Source of the DNA: Eledone cirrhosa
Taxonomy: Eukaryota
Direction: 5' to 3'
DNA length: 64,000 nt
Assembly: GCA_964016885.1 (NCBI GenBank)
Contig: OZ024741.1
Coordinates: 193,192,001 to 193,256,000, forward strand
How positions within the stretch are numbered: position 1 is the stretch's first letter; the number at the start of each line of letters is the position of its first letter. Positions 1 to 13,685 of the stretch are shown piece after piece. The translations under genes were made by a program, and so were the position numbers. The notes under the pieces were generated by a model. It was not told where the DNA came from. It ran no database searches and worked only from the letters and a program-made list of their open reading frames with translations.

Positions 1-3000
1 ACCAACACCACAAAAGTCACCAAAAAGCGTAACAGAAACAAACCCACAACAAACGCAAGCAAAACAAAACAACCAAAACGATACACATTACACTGCATTA
101 AATTTGAACAACAACCAATTATTACACTACATGCAACACAACACCAGCATCACAGAAAAAGACTACACAACAACCCAAAAGTTCACACCACCTCCACACA
201 TACAAATCACTCGCATCACACAGAAAACGTACACGACACTAATACAAAAATTCCCCAAAGACATCGGAAACTTCCGACAAACGCTCTCCAGGAGGATTTA
301 TAAGGACATCCTTCCGGAGGAAGCCACAAGCAGTGAAAAGGATGGACAAACCGTCCTTCCTCTACGAGAAGTAAGGTAAGTGGTCTTTCCCATCTTTTCC
401 ACTCCATTTCAACATGACCTCTCTCAGAATAGGCAGTATAAATGCGCGTGGCTTGGAGTCGTCATGGAAGCAGGGCCACCTGCTCAACGACGTCAGGTCA
501 CTAAACATAGATGTAGTGGCCATCAGCGAGACCAGATTCTCCGAAGCACGGGCCTTCGCACCGATCTTCGGTGGCTACGATGTGTACGCATCTCCCAGCC
601 GTCCGGGATCGGGGGAAGGAGTTGCTGTGCTTTTTCGGAGAGGTTTGGATCTCGCCATACGGGCCATCTTCCTGGACCCAGAAGGTAAGTTGGTGGTGCT
701 AGACGTGACCAGCGGAGACGGGCAAGCTTTCAGGCTAGTTGCCGTTTATGCCCCGACAGGAGCAGGGCGTCCTGATTTCTTCCGGCGTCTGGAGACCTTT
801 CTAGGAACGTCCCGCTCTTTAGTGTTAGTGGGCGACTGGAACGGGATCTTAGATGCACGCTGGGACTGTGTGGCATTAGCCGATAGGGGAGGAGGGTGCA
901 AGAGCCTCACCAACCTGCTCAGGCGTTTTGAACTGTCTAACAGGTACCGATTGGATTTCCCGAATGTGCCAATGTGGACTTGGACAAATCGCATAGAGTC
1001 ATCCAGATCAAATCTAGATAGAGTAGTTTGTAGAGAAATAGTTAGGTCTAGAATAGGCTGTCCACAATTCAAGATAGTCAGCTACACGGACCACAAATTC
1101 GTGATCTGTGTGCTTGACTTAGATAGGCTTCATAGACGAGGACCCGGCTACTGGAAGCTAAACACGTCCTTACCAACGCGCAAGGCCTACAGAGACCGGA
1201 TTAGCGAACTAGTTAAGCGGGCGTTGACGGGGGCCATCGTCAACAACAAGTGGTGGTTTGCTCTGAAAAGAGCAATTAGAATAGAGCACAGTAAGGCTTT
1301 AGCAATAGAGAAAAATAGAGCAGAGGGAGAATTAGTTAGAAAATTAGACGAGGCGCTTTGCAAAGGTATCGCGACCGACGTACTTGCGGCGAAATTGGCC
1401 CTTGACCAATTCTTCAATGCAAAGCACGAAGGCTGCGTTGTCAGAGCTAGGGTACGTGCTCTCAGACACGAGGGGACGAAAGCCGTTCAATGGGCCCGAG
1501 TGGCGGAGGCGCGTCGTGGCAACAAAGCCACGATCCGGTCTTTGGTGGACCACGACGGGCGCATGCTACTCGATCCCAGGCAAATGTGTGAAGCTTTTCA
1601 GCGACACTTCGCTCAGTTGTTCGGGGGCAGCGGCGGGCCGGATCGAGGGATGGACTTTAGTGTCTACCTCGACGGACTGCCGCGGCTCTCGGCCACTGAG
1701 GTTGAGTGTTGCGAAGTACGGGAGGCAATGACTAGCTGCACAAGGGGTAAATCGCCTGGTTTGGATGGTCTGCCCTATGAACTTTACGTACAGAAGCCAG
1801 ACTTGTTCGGAGGCCTCTTGGTGGACGTCTACTGCAACTAGCAACAGAACGGGAGAATTCCCAGCTCTGTGAGCCGAGGATCTATGGCGCTGCTGAGAAA
1901 GGATCCGAACAAGGGGGATAACATAGATAATTTTAGGCCCATAACTCTGCTAAACACAGAGTTCAAGATTTTGGCCAAGGTGCTAACAAAGAGGTTGGCG
2001 CTTGTCGTTGGTGGTCTGGTGGGAGAGGCGCAGATATGCGCCATTCTCGACAGATCCATCCACGACAACCTCCACCTCATGCGATACATCGTAGAGAGGG
2101 TAGCTAGGGAATCTGGCACGGGTGGGTGCTTGATCAATTTAGATCAGTCGAAAGCTTTCGATAGGGTCGACCATCGTTACCTAGTGGTAGTCCTGAGGGC
2201 GGCTGGCTTTGGGCCCGTCTTCAGAGGCTGGATCGCTGCCATGCACAGCGAAAATGCACTGCTCTGTGGTGAGAGTGAACGGTCACCTTTCGGAACCATT
2301 CAACATCATGCGCTCGGTCCGCCAAGGATGTCCCCTCTCGTCCCTCTTGTACGTATTGACTTTCGAGCCATTACTGCACAAACTGGAGACGTTGAGGGGG
2401 GTCCCGCGCGAACTAGGATGCGGAAGATCCGTGTCAGCATATGCGGACGATGTCACCGTAGTGGTGTCGAACACCAAACACATCAAGGCGATCGGCACTA
2501 CACTAAGAGAATACGAAGCGGTGACAGGAGCAATGATCAACCAGGAAATGTCGGTGGGCGTGCAGCTCGGTACCTGGAGTGGCAGGTACGATGGATGGAC
2601 CAGTTAAATGGACCAGTTAAATTGCTCGGGGTCTGGTTCGGACGGGATCTCCAGACGGACAATAACTGGGACGAGGTGACTAGCAGGGTGGCTTCTCTCA
2701 CCCAGAAATGGGCCGAGAGGAAGCTATCCCTGAATGGTCGGGCGGAGGTGGCTAACGCGTATATCGCGTCCGTCATCTACTACCGCCTGACCGGCGTACC
2801 TTGTCCTAAGCCCCGCCTGACTGCGCTGGAGCGTTTGATCTTTCGCTTTTTGTGGAAGGAACACGCTCCGATGGACAGGCAGTCCATCTGCTGTCAACAC
2901 CCGCTACGTGGAGGGCTGGGAATGCCGTGGCTGATAATGCGCAGGCACGGGCTTAGGCTACGACATCTCTACCTCTTCCTCGACGGAGATCAGGTGTGGT

Positions 3001-4017
3001 CCCCATTTGCTAGACGCGTCTTTCCCCACCTCGTCTCCTTGACGGAGCTGCAGTCCTGGGTCAAGCGAAGACCGAGAGGGAGCGCTTGGAGACTGGAATG
3101 TCTTCAGGCGCTCACAGCCCTCGACCAATCGGGCAATGTGATCGGTGGAAACTCCACATTCGCGTTCTATAGAGGATTAGTGGAGGGGAAGAGCGACGAC
3201 GTACTTGGGGAAACTCTAGGCGTCGACGAAAATCAACTAGCCAATCTCTTCGGAAGAACTTTCGGGCCGGGGCTTATGGACAACTTCCAGAAATCCCTGG
3301 CCTGGCAGTGCTACCGAGGAGGTTTGCCAGTTCGGGATAAACTCTACAGGCATGGAGATAGCGAGATGGGCGCAGGGCGACGAAACCGTCCTGCACGCAC
3401 TCGTCCAGTGTCCGAGCATTGCTGACTTGTGGGTTTATGTCGAACACCTGCAGTCGCGTGTAGGACGGATCCGGCTATCAGCTGAGTCCATCGTGAGGAT
3501 TGCCCCGCCCCCTTCCTTTAGCCGGGAAGGGCAGGTAGTTTTTATCTGTCTGGTGGCCATGGTGAAAGAGATAGTATGGTGGACACGTTTGAAAGGGCTG
3601 AAGACGAGCACTTACCTCTTCGGTGATGCCCTGATTAACTTTTCCAAATTTCATTTGAAAATGAAAATCAGGGTAGAAAGGGAAGTGCTCTCTTCCCAGC
3701 ATTTTGTTGAAAGATGTGTGAGAGTGGCAAGAATGGCCCGAGTGAATGGGCCTACTCTGAGTATGTGTCTGTAAATTAAAGGTGGAAAACTGGGAGAGGG
3801 CACTTGCTCTGGTGGTCAGGGTCACTGTGGCTTTTTAATGGGCTTTCTCCACGTATGTCCCTTGGAAGTCTCCCCCCTATTGGGGAATTTTTCTTTGTTA
3901 TTTTATTACATCCTCTGTTTTTTTTACACGCAGAAATGCCCATTTGTACTGTCCTGTATTGTCCTGTACTGTCCTTAATGTCTACTTTATGTAAACCCTT
4001 GTGGTTAATAAAGAAAA

Positions 4018-4018
<1 letters not shown>
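1..4018 (+). mobile_element. L1/Tx1-clade non-LTR retrotransposon, family A (5' end cut by window edge)
   Basis: ORF1 tail ends at 379, followed by ORF2 pieces, a 3' UTR, AATAAA at 4007-4012 and an (ATT)n tail. Closely similar to the copy at 40454-45670. Confidence 0.93.
414..3774 (+). pseudogene. Disrupted ORF2: APE endonuclease + reverse transcriptase
   Basis: Motifs SINARG, ISET, VGDWN, YTDH, KSPGLDG, NFRPITLLN, DQSKAFDRV, RQGCPLS, AYADD. Split by a stop at 1839-1841 and frameshifts. Confidence 0.93.

Positions 4019-4077
<59 letters not shown>
4019..4077. repeat. (ATT)n microsatellite shared as the tail by two tail-to-tail LINEs
   Basis: Pure ATT run between the Tx1 3' end (+) and the RLE element 3' end (-). 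Confidence 0.95.
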
Positions 4078-4078
<1 letters not shown>

Positions 4079-4739
4079 TTTATTCTTTGAGTCTCAGTCA
4101 TTGATGTTATTTAACTGCAAAGTTTGTTGAAATGAATATCAAGCCGCTACCTGCAGCCTCACATATTCAGTACGTATCGGAGGGTTCTTGTTGTTCCCAG
4201 CAAGCATGCCTTTTGAAGTGTTCCAAAAAGCGGGGCTGGACTAATTTTCTTTAACCATCCTTGGAAACTCTTTGAGATAGTACCTAGTGCGCCTATGACA
4301 ATGTGCGCCTATGACTCTGACTTCATGGCAGTTCCAAATCATTTTTAACTCCCACTTTAAGTCCTGGTATCGGTTAATTTTCTCCCTCTCCTTTTCTTGC
4401 ACTCTCGTGTCAAATGGGCAGACTACATCTACAATCAGGCACGATCTTTTTTCCTTGTCCAAAACCATCAGGTCAGGCCTATTGTGTTCTAATTTCTTGT
4501 CCGTCTGTATCCTAAAATCCCACAGCACCTTCACCTGATCTTTTTCTATCACCGACTCTTGCTTATTCTCATACCACTTCTCAGAATGTGGTAAATTGTT
4601 TACTTTGCATAGGTGCCAGTGGATCACCTGCCCATCACATCATGTCTCCAGCCTTTATAGTGAGTCTGGGCTAGGTGTTTACACTCGGATACAATGTGAG
4701 CCACAGTCTCCTCTCTCTCCACAGATCCTACACAGTGGG
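4078..4739 (-). mobile_element. 3' fragment of R4/Dong-like RLE LINE
   Basis: RHD motif, then VLWDF, HNRPD and IVDV..P (PD-D/E endonuclease). Near-identical to the 3' part of 45935-47944. Confidence 0.88.
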
Positions 4740-4740
4740 C

Positions 4741-5661
4741 TAGCCTCCTCCTTGTAAATATTGTTTCACCCACTTCGTCGTGAGTAGAAAAGAGGACAAA
4801 ACCCTGATTCCGTCAGGGAAATGGCCATGTTCGATATGCAGAAAAGGAACTGGCATAAATTCTATAAAATGCACACAATGCAGATCCTGGGTACACAAGA
4901 GATGTAGCGGGATAGCAGGCAAACTAACAGGTAGAGAGAAATATGTATGCAGTAGATGTACAGGGAAATTAGACAGTAGAAGTCGCATTGATAGACACAT
5001 TTTTCAAATGCAGGAGGGCGCTATAGAAGTGGTGGATAGCTTCCGGTACCTAGGAGATCAGATTAGGATGGGAGGAGGGTGTTCAGAGGCCATAGTATCT
5101 AGAATAAGGACGGGTTGGAAGAAGTTTAGGGAGCTGCTTCCTCTGTTGATGAAGAAGGGTTTCTCACTGCGTACGAAAGGCCGGTTGTATGATGCCTGTG
5201 TGAGGAGCGCGATGCTGCATGATAGTGAGACATGGGCAGCAACTGCAGAGGATATGCGACGGCTGGAGAGAAATGAGGCAAGCATGCTCCGTTGGATGTG
5301 CAGTGTAAATGTGCGTGAACGACCCAGCATAAATGTGTTGAGAGAGAAACTGTGTCTGAGAGGGATAGAATGTAGTGTATGGGAGAGGAGACTGGAGTGG
5401 TATGGACATGTGATGCGCATGGAGGATGACCGATGGGTGAAGAAATGCCAGGAAATGCCAGTTGAAGGAAGACGTGGTAGAGGTAGACCACGAAAAACAT
5501 GGGCGGAGGTGGTGAGAACAGACCTCAGATCATTGAAGCTCACGGTGGAGATGACGAAGGACCGTGACGAGTGGAGATATGCTGTGCTGAATAAGACCCG
5601 TCCCACCCTTGCAAGCAGGGAAAAGCGGACGTAAAATGATGATGATGATGATGATGATGAT
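4741..5661 (+). mobile_element. 5'-truncated RTE-group LINE with (GAT)n tail
   Basis: ORF 4780-5634: Cys/His-rich PHD-like cluster (CSIC..CTQC..HKRC..CSRC), FRYLG, SETW, WYGHVMR, GRGRPRKTW. Followed by a (GAT)n tail. Confidence 0.87.
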
Positions 5662-5789
5662 ATATATATATATATAAAGAATTAGTATATCTACAAACAT
5701 TTATATACAGATGCATACCTATGCTAGCAAATATATAGGTTTTGTCTTAGTAACTTTGTGGTTCAATGCAAGGGGATGCAGAACAATTA

Positions 5790-6071
5790 TATGAAAGACG
5801 TAAAATAAGAAAATTATAAAAATTAACTTACTAAAATTTCAATCCAACTAATTAGTTTCTGAAAGGGAATACATTTTTTTTTGTATAAGTTCCCTGTGTC
5901 CACGCATCGCCTGGGAACTTAGCTGAGAATAGACTTCCTGATGACGAAAGGCATTCTCCATGTGTTCCATTCGGAAACCATGTTTATTCCCTTTCAGAAA
6001 CTAATTAGTTGGAGTGAAATTTTAGTAAGTAAGTTAATTTTTATAATTTTCTTATTTTACGTCTTTCATAT
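5790..6071. repeat. Fold-back element (about 85-bp inverted arms) next to (TA)n, probably Penelope-derived
   Basis: 5790-5873 is the reverse complement of about 5982-6071. The spacer holds a degenerate ctgatga...gaaac motif. Confidence 0.7.
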
Positions 6072-6119
6072 ATATATATATATTTATATACATATATGTG
6101 TGTGTGTGTGTGTGTGTAA

Positions 6120-7270
6120 TAAAATGCTGTACTTTGCTTGAAGCATTGTGTCTAATATATAACGTTGAAAGAGATAGAAGGCTAAATAATGCAAAATGGA
6201 CTGTAAGATGAGGTAACGAAAAGTAAGTCACCTGGTAATCTTTCTCTTGTTTATTCGTTGTTGTTCTTTTTTATGTCCAATATTTCGGAACCTAAAAGTC
6301 CCTTCTTCGGGGTTTACGGAACTTTCCAATTTCCTCTCTTTGGGATTAAATTTTTTAAAATGGATTTCAAGCGGATTTTTTTAATGGTTATTTCGCACTT
6401 CACGAGAATGACATCTATTGTCAATATAATATTTTGTGGAATCAATTTTATTTTTGAATGAGATGTTTTGTTTGTGTGCCTGTGGGTGTGTCCTTTTATG
6501 TTAAGTGTTGTGTGCTGAGTTCTAGTCTATTATTTAATTGCGGGTTGAGTCAACATATGAGCAAGACCTCCTTAATTCTGAAATTGCCCACATTTCATTC
6601 ACACGATTTAATAGTAACTGTCATATGTTGGTTGGTGTTTCTACATTTGTCAATGTATTTTTATAATGAGAATGCGTGTGTGTTGAGGTGTTCTTTAATG
6701 CTAGTGTGGAGTGCTCGAGTCGTTCTACCAATGTAGAACTCATATTTGTTGCATTCAATCCGGTATACCACATTGTCCGCTGGCAAATACGTGTATCGCA
6801 GAAAGGGCAGTTAGTCAGCGAGCATTTATTGTTGTCTCTGGATTGCTTTTTAGACAGGTATCCACGCAGTGAAGGGCCGTACTGTGCTAATTCTATGTCC
6901 AGTCCTTCTTTGCGGATAGCTCTGCGGATAGCTCTGTGGATAACTGTGGTTATACTTTCGCTGATGTGGTAATTTCATGAAGCAGGTGTTAGAGGACGTC
7001 TTATGCTTGCGGCGCCTTTCATTCTTAAGTCAATTCACTGTGGATATTGGGTATCCATTCGTCTTCAGTACATCTATGCAGTGTGCGGTGTGGGTGATCT
7101 GGTCCTCTGTCTTGCTACATTTATTGCGGACACGCGTAACTTCTTTTCCGGTTTTAGCACCAAGGGGAAGGGCTGGTCTATAATGCACAAACAGTTCTCT
7201 GCTGGCAGCTTTTCTATAGAAGTTAGTGTATATAGCACCTTCTTCTGTTACTCTAAGTTGGAAGTCCAGC
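6120..7270 (-). mobile_element. Penelope-like element 3' fragment with GIY-YIG endonuclease
   Basis: Manual minus-strand translation of about 6685-6780 gives DNVVYRIECNKYEFYIGRTTRALHTSIKEHL, followed by EVLLI..LNPQLN. The 3' region recurs at 18590-18890. Confidence 0.85.
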
Positions 7271-7432
7271 AGAGATATATAAATATAAATATAAATGTAG
7301 ATATAAATATATATTTTTAACTATTGGTCAATCAATGATAAACAATGATTGCCAGCTAAATTAACTTTAGATATATAAAATATACAGAAGCGAAAACCAA
7401 CTCAAACCAAACAGTAAGTGTGTTTTATTATT

Positions 7433-7611
7433 AATCGGTAGAGGGTTGGATGCCATGCTTTGATGCATAGAGTTACGGCCCTTGCCATTCTGAGTTCAAA
7501 TCCCGCCGAGGTTAATTTTGCCTTTCATCCTTACGGGGTCGATAAAATAAAGTACCAGTAATGCACTCGGTTATTGCTGGCCTTGTGCCAAAAGTAGAAA
7601 CAATTATTATT
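7433..7611 (+). mobile_element. tRNA-derived SINE with Meta-like central domain (5' clipped)
   Basis: B box gagttcaaatcc, then gcctttcatccttacggggtcgataaa..agtaccag, then tail gtagaaacaattattatt. Confidence 0.85.
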
Positions 7612-8154
7612 TCTGGCAATATTATAACAATATAGTTCTGGTATCTCAAATTAGTACCATCGATATTTACCTTATTTTATACATTCTCCAATCTATGTAG
7701 AGAAAAAAATTAGTTGTTGCTTACTGCTATTTTTTTAGCACCAAATCCAGCAGCGCGTCTGTAGTATTCCCGCTTTTTATTAGCGGCCAGTTCACGTGTG
7801 GGTCACTTTAGCGGCCATAACTCATATGAGCTGGCAGTTGGCAGTATATTTGCAGGCTGTGGGACTTGATCCTATAGAGTGGAAATAGCTATCTGATGAA
7901 CTTTACTTTTCCGTTAGAAATTCTCTGAATTTCTAATCTTTTGTAAAGCGAAACCGCCGGTAAAAGCATTATGAACAGGTAGATATTTAAATCATTTTTT
8001 AATTTTTTTTAAGGAATTGTTTAATATTTGTTTGTTCTGCTCATCTCAATTTTTATAGTTCTGGTATCTCAAATTAGTACCATCGAACAACAATTATATT
8101 ACAGACACCCTATATATTTCTATGCGTACTTAGTACCCAGAGAAATATTTACCT

Positions 8155-8193
<39 letters not shown>

Positions 8194-8899
8194 CCTAAAT
8201 AGCTACCTGGACACACATATACTTTCTTTCCAAAGCAACTTTTCAGTTTCATCCTCATCCTACTCTTTTCTTTGTATTCCTTCTTTTATTTCTCGTTTTG
8301 CTGCATTGTTTATCCGTATACATTCCGCATATATATACGTATATGTATGTGTGTATGTTTGTTTGTGTGTGTGTGTGTTTGTGTGTGAGTATGTGTATGC
8401 GTATGTGTACGTGAGTATGCGTGTGTGAATGCTTGAGGTGAAATGAAATGATATATAGACTACTGACATACCTGTAGTAGTCTATATATACATTTCTGCG
8501 ATTCTGTAAAAAGAGAGAAGTAGTTTGACTACCTCATACTACTCCCCTCTCTTTACATCTGCTGCCTGCGTGAATGTATGTATGTGTAAAAGGAAAGAAG
8601 GGGATGGTGAAAAACTACGCTGTTTGTTAGTATATGCGTACGTGTGTGTTTGTGTAAATGTATGTGTGTATTTGTGTGAATGTATGTGTGTGTTTATGAG
8701 TTTGTGAGTTTGTATTTTGTAAGTCTGTCTGCGTTGGCACGTTTTTATTTATATACTCATACATATAAATCTATGCATATGCACATACAGACACGAACAC
8801 ACATATACACATAAATGTTAGTGTGTTGAAAAAATTCTAGCGTTTGTAAAATATTTAGATTAACGGATGTTCTATCTCGTATGAAGCTAAACGACTCGT

Positions 8900-9560
8900 C
8901 TTAAGTAAATGAACTAGTCGTAGCTATTTGAGAATTTGAAAAATACAGCTCTGTTCCTGCCTCAACGTCATCCAGATGACGGAGTCTTGATTCTGTACAA
9001 TTGCAATCCACAAACGACACTAATTGATCAAGGAAAAAACCTACACACATTTTTAAAAACATAAGATTAGGGATCACTGCTGTAACTGACCTCACCATAG
9101 TTAATTTCTTAGATGTCACACCTGAGCTAACTAACTCGATTTGTTTACCATAACATACATTAAGCTATACACATTAAACACTCAAATTATCCTACGAGCA
9201 TTATTAGAAATCTAGTTTCAAAACCTATCCCTATTTGACTGTCTCAAACATTTACTCTCATAACATGAATATGACTAAAACCAAGCTTCTTCAAACCTTT
9301 CAAAGCTGGATACAAAAAGACACATATTTCTTTCCAACGAAATAAAATTGTTTTACTAGCCAAATCTGCCCTTTGGATTCAAATTGTCTAATGCATTGTA
9401 AATACCAGAAACACTTATAAAGCATCGATTGGAATGAACTGTAACACTTTCGAATTAGGATATGATTTCTGCACCCACAGTTTTCGAAACCACCAAAAGG
9501 AAATCAAACTTCGCAAACCACATCCTATGCTTGTAATAAGGAACCCTATAAGCTTTGCAT
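8900..9560 (+). pseudogene. Decayed Penelope-like RT remnant
   Basis: Fragments translate as DDGVLI, VNFLDVT and SNYPTSII, in the order seen in PLE RTs. Heavily interrupted. Confidence 0.55.
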
Positions 9561-10769
9561 TATAGAGGGTTTGGAGAAACAATTTTCTAAAAAATTAGTT
9601 CTTAGCAGCCTTTCTAGTGGGGACAAGATTTTGACCCAATTTCTCCACAATATAACTTTGCATGCATATTTATTACACAATAGGTTCAATTTTACATCTC
9701 CATTCACAGTGTTTATAACTTCACTTATCACTAATTTACTTTGATTTAATTTACAATTACACTTTCTTGATAGTTATTAACTCCTCACTGGTTAATCTAC
9801 ATTTTCTTCCCGCATCTTTATTCTACATTATTGTCAAATTTACATTTCCAATTATAACTTCATTTATCCAATATCTTAGTTTGATTACTATAATTCTCTT
9901 TTATGACGCTTGCCGACTTATTACATACCCTATATTCTTAGATTTCACTTTATTATTTATATTCCAATCTATTTATTGGTGTACTTAGACCTATCTTGTC
10001 TCCTCCTTTCCAATAACATTTCTATGGATCCATAACCAATTAAATACAATATTTAATAGATATAATTCAATCTTCTATAACAGGTAAATTGTGTACAGTG
10101 TGGATCCTATCTTTCTAATGTATTTACAAATACACTCCACACACTCTTCTTCAATTAATTTGACATTAGCTTAATTTCTCAGAACTCAGTCCCTTACATC
10201 TGTAGATTTTATTTAATTATTAGGCTCCTCCCGATTTTTAACATTCTACTACTGTACGACTGTACCAGCTTGTGCCAACTTCCCTATTTAATGTTCATTT
10301 AAGTCATTTTTCATTCCATAACATTTTTAGTTTAAATTAAGCAACACTGTCAGGTAATCTTTTACCTTAAATCCTTGAATCATTACAATCCTGAATATTC
10401 TATTTTATATACTGAATATAATATGTTTGATCTAGTAAATTTAAACTAATCTATACAGCATTTTATAGTTTTGTTATACTTCATTAATACATAATAATCA
10501 CTACATCAAATACACTAAATTTAATTAAAATTCCTTCTGATCTTTCCCCTTAATAATTAGTTTGTAATTTAAGCGAAACACAAATTACGTTTGAAGCAAC
10601 TAACTGTATATGAAATTCTTATCATACCCACTTCTATAACACCGAGTTTATTGTAACGTTATACTTATTCTAAAGAGAAAGCTAATAATTACTCTAATTG
10701 GACTTATGGATATTATACCATAAACACGTAAAAGAAATGCATACATTCACGAGGAGACATCTGAGGCAA

Positions 10770-11000
10770 ATCATGAACACTCTCATAGAGAAAGACAAGT
10801 CCCATAACATGAGGGAGATATTGGTACAGCAAAATCTCCGCTGGTTTAGGCATGTCCAAAGCATAAAGAAACCTTAGGTATCAAGAAAAGATCAGTTGCG
10901 CAGTCAGCTAACGATGCGGGAAATGGTAGACCCCGAATGAGTTACAAAGTTCTGGTTAGTTAAATACAGCTTAGGGAGATTGAACGTTGATACTCACAAC
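10770..11000 (+). pseudogene. Decayed RTE-type LINE C-terminal remnant
   Basis: LRWFRHV and GRPR motifs in the expected order. Confidence 0.4.
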
Positions 11001-11573
11001 TGGACCACAGTAAACGATACAGGTAAAAGGAAGTTAATTCATGATAAGGTCATACGGGCACTATCGTGATACACGGTGTGTTTTGGTAATTTTAGGCCTG
11101 TTGGGAACCATACTACCCCAAGATTGAATACAAGCGAATGTTTGCAGAGATAGAGATAGAAAGATATAGAAAGCTAAAGGAAGAGAAAATTCTAGCACTG
11201 AACTGGTACTTTATTTATCGATCTCAAGAGGGTGAGTATCAAAGTTGACTTCGTTGGTTTATGAACTCAGGGAGCACTAAGTCGGAACAAATACCGAGGC
11301 ATTTTTAATCCGACACCTTTAGTATTAGTAACCCAGGATACAAACCTGTTGAGGCGTGTGATTCATTTTTTTTATCCGATGATCCGTGACTATACACATG
11401 GAAAGTCATCGTTGGGATAGGAGGAAAATATATGATTAATATAACGCTAAGTTGTCTTATTTGTGTAGCGATATTGTAATTGTTCTGAAGAGCAAACCAA
11501 TAATTGCAATAATATATATATATAAGTATATGTGTGTATATACATATATATACTTATATGCATATATATACAC

Positions 11574-11718
<145 letters not shown>

Positions 11719-11877
11719 TGGCACAAACAGTCCGTCGTAGAATGTGGAGACCTATATGAACATGGACATTATGTTTATGTATGAGGTAGCATCTTATGAC
11801 AGCTACCTCAGTAACCATTTTTCCGACACCGAGGCAACTTTACCCGATATTCCCATCTATTATTTATATTGATCATA

Positions 11878-12067
11878 GGCGGTGAATTGGCAGTATCAGT
11901 AGAGGGTTGGACGCCATGCTTTCTAGCATAGTTACGTCCCTTTACGGTCTGAGTTCAAATCCCACCAAAGTTAACTTTGCCTTTCATCCTGACGGGGTCG
12001 ATAAAATAATGTACCAGTAATGTACTGGATAATTGCTGGCCTTGTGCCTAAAGTAGAAACAATTATT
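11878..12067 (+). mobile_element. Full-length tRNA-derived SINE (Meta-like domain)
   Basis: A-box-like tggcagtatcagtag, B box gagttcaaatcc, central domain and tail as at 7433. Confidence 0.88.
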
Positions 12068-12439
12068 TATATTAATCATCTATTGCTGTAGTCATTTACA
12101 TTGGGACAACTACATTGCATGTATGTAAACACACACACTCACACACACACACACGCACCGACATATACGTTACCAATATATATATTATTCTGAGGATTAA
12201 TTTATTGATTTCTCTCTCATTGAGTGCTTTGTAACAGCCATCAAAAATCGATTGCGAACCTGCTACTGGCAGCTGCAACTTCGGTTATACTCCTTATTAT
12301 TATTATTCTCTCCTAGCCTTTATAATTAATTAATTAATTAATTGGTTAATTGATTATTTATTGTTTGTTTGAACACCCAGTTGAGAGCTGACTTCGAGAC
12401 TGTGAATAAATTCCTTTGTTCATTCTTTTGAATGTACCC

Positions 12440-12523
12440 GCAAAAGTTACTGCTATAGTCTATAAGCACTGCCAAAGTTACTGCTATAGTCTATAAGCAC
12501 TGCCAAAGTTACTGCTATAGTCT
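12440..12523. repeat. Minisatellite, about 2.7 copies of a 31-bp unit
   Basis: aaagttactgctatagtctataagcactgcc repeated. Confidence 0.85.
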
Positions 12524-12589
12524 TTGGCAGTCGGGTCCATAAGCCGTGCTAAGTGGATACTGGAACGAAATATATATATATATATATAT

Positions 12590-13390
12590 AAATGGAAAAA
12601 ATGAAATTTCATTTCTCACTCTTAGTACGGCTGATACTTAAATAGAAGTATGTATACGTACATACATATATGTATACAGACGTACACTAGTATGTATATA
12701 CATACATGCACACATATATATATGTACGTATGGGTTTACCGAACATTTATTATAATGCTCGGTTTGTTTGTAAACAAACAGCCCGAATTATCAGCCGTAC
12801 AGAGTTCGGCAACCATCGCTGCCCTTTTGTTCAACAAACAAACCGAACATTATAATAAATTTTCGGTAAACCCATACGTACATATATATATATATGTGCA
12901 TGTATGTATATACATACTAGTGTACGTCTGTATACATATATGTATGTACGTATACATACTTATATTTAAGTATCAGCCGTACTAAGAGTGAGAAATTAAA
13001 TTTCATTTTTCCATTTATCGGTTTCGGTACACCTGGCCGACTAACTCACATGATATGCAAATTAGGCTGCTCAGCCGTTAATATGCATAAGGAAAGTATA
13101 TACTTTCAAACGTTCAATCGACTGGCAGGAAGGTATACGGTGCTGATGACAGCTAATAAGCTAGAAACTAGTTCATCGTTCCTTTGTGAGTGTTGAACAA
13201 AAGGGCAACGATGGTTGCAGAACACTGTACGGCTAATAATTCGGGCTGTTTCTTTACAAACAAACCGAGCATTATAATAAATGTTCGGTAAACCCATACG
13301 TACATATATATATATATATGTTCATGTATGTATGTATATACATACTAGTGTACGTCTGTATACATATATGTACGTACGTATACATACTTA

Positions 13391-13396
<6 letters not shown>
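12590..13396 (+). mobile_element. Non-coding Penelope-type insertion: inverted arm plus partial tandem repeat, in (TA)n
   Basis: 12590-12785 is inverted relative to 12832-13017, with a third copy at about 13237-13396. Contains a hammerhead. A diverged relative lies at 55830-56005. Confidence 0.75.
13137..13179 (+). ncRNA. Minimal type I hammerhead ribozyme
   Basis: Stem I acggtg/catcgt, CTGATGA, stem II agct-aata-agct, GAAAC-ta-GTT (palindromic aactagtt). Confidence 0.7.
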
Positions 13397-13449
<53 letters not shown>

Positions 13450-13529
13450 ATAATAAATTTGAAGACTAAAATCCAAAGAGGGCTCGATAAGGATAAATAT
13501 ATATCAAATATATAAGAACCGTAGAGCAA

Positions 13530-13685
13530 ATATTTATTAAAATAAAAGATTAATGTTTAAGCAAAGAATCGCTGCTTTCATCCTTAACGGGATCTTCTGA
13601 GTTTCAGAAGATCCCGTTAAGGGTGAAAGCAGCGATTCTTTGCTTAAACTTTAATCAAACTTTAATCTGTTATTTTAATAAATAT
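13530..13685. repeat. Near-perfect hairpin (about 55-bp core arms, 3-nt loop) next to (TA)n
   Basis: gtttaagcaaagaatcgctgctttcatccttaacgggatcttctga-gtt-reverse complement. Confidence 0.85.

Noticed and set aside
5930-5990. ctgatga...gaaac motif, and similar ones at about 6290, 13604, 21315, 26345 and 55211
   Set aside because: Core or stem I too decayed to call as ribozymes. Probably dead remnants.
7631-8162. 33-bp direct repeat (7631, 8054) as an element boundary
   Set aside because: Local duplication with no other element hallmarks. Could not be assigned.
11878-11975. tRNA gene
   Set aside because: A/B boxes are present but no cloverleaf, and the sequence continues into a repeated SINE body.
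12440-12523. 31-bp repeats as a CRISPR-like array
   Set aside because: No spacers and eukaryotic context. Simple minisatellite.
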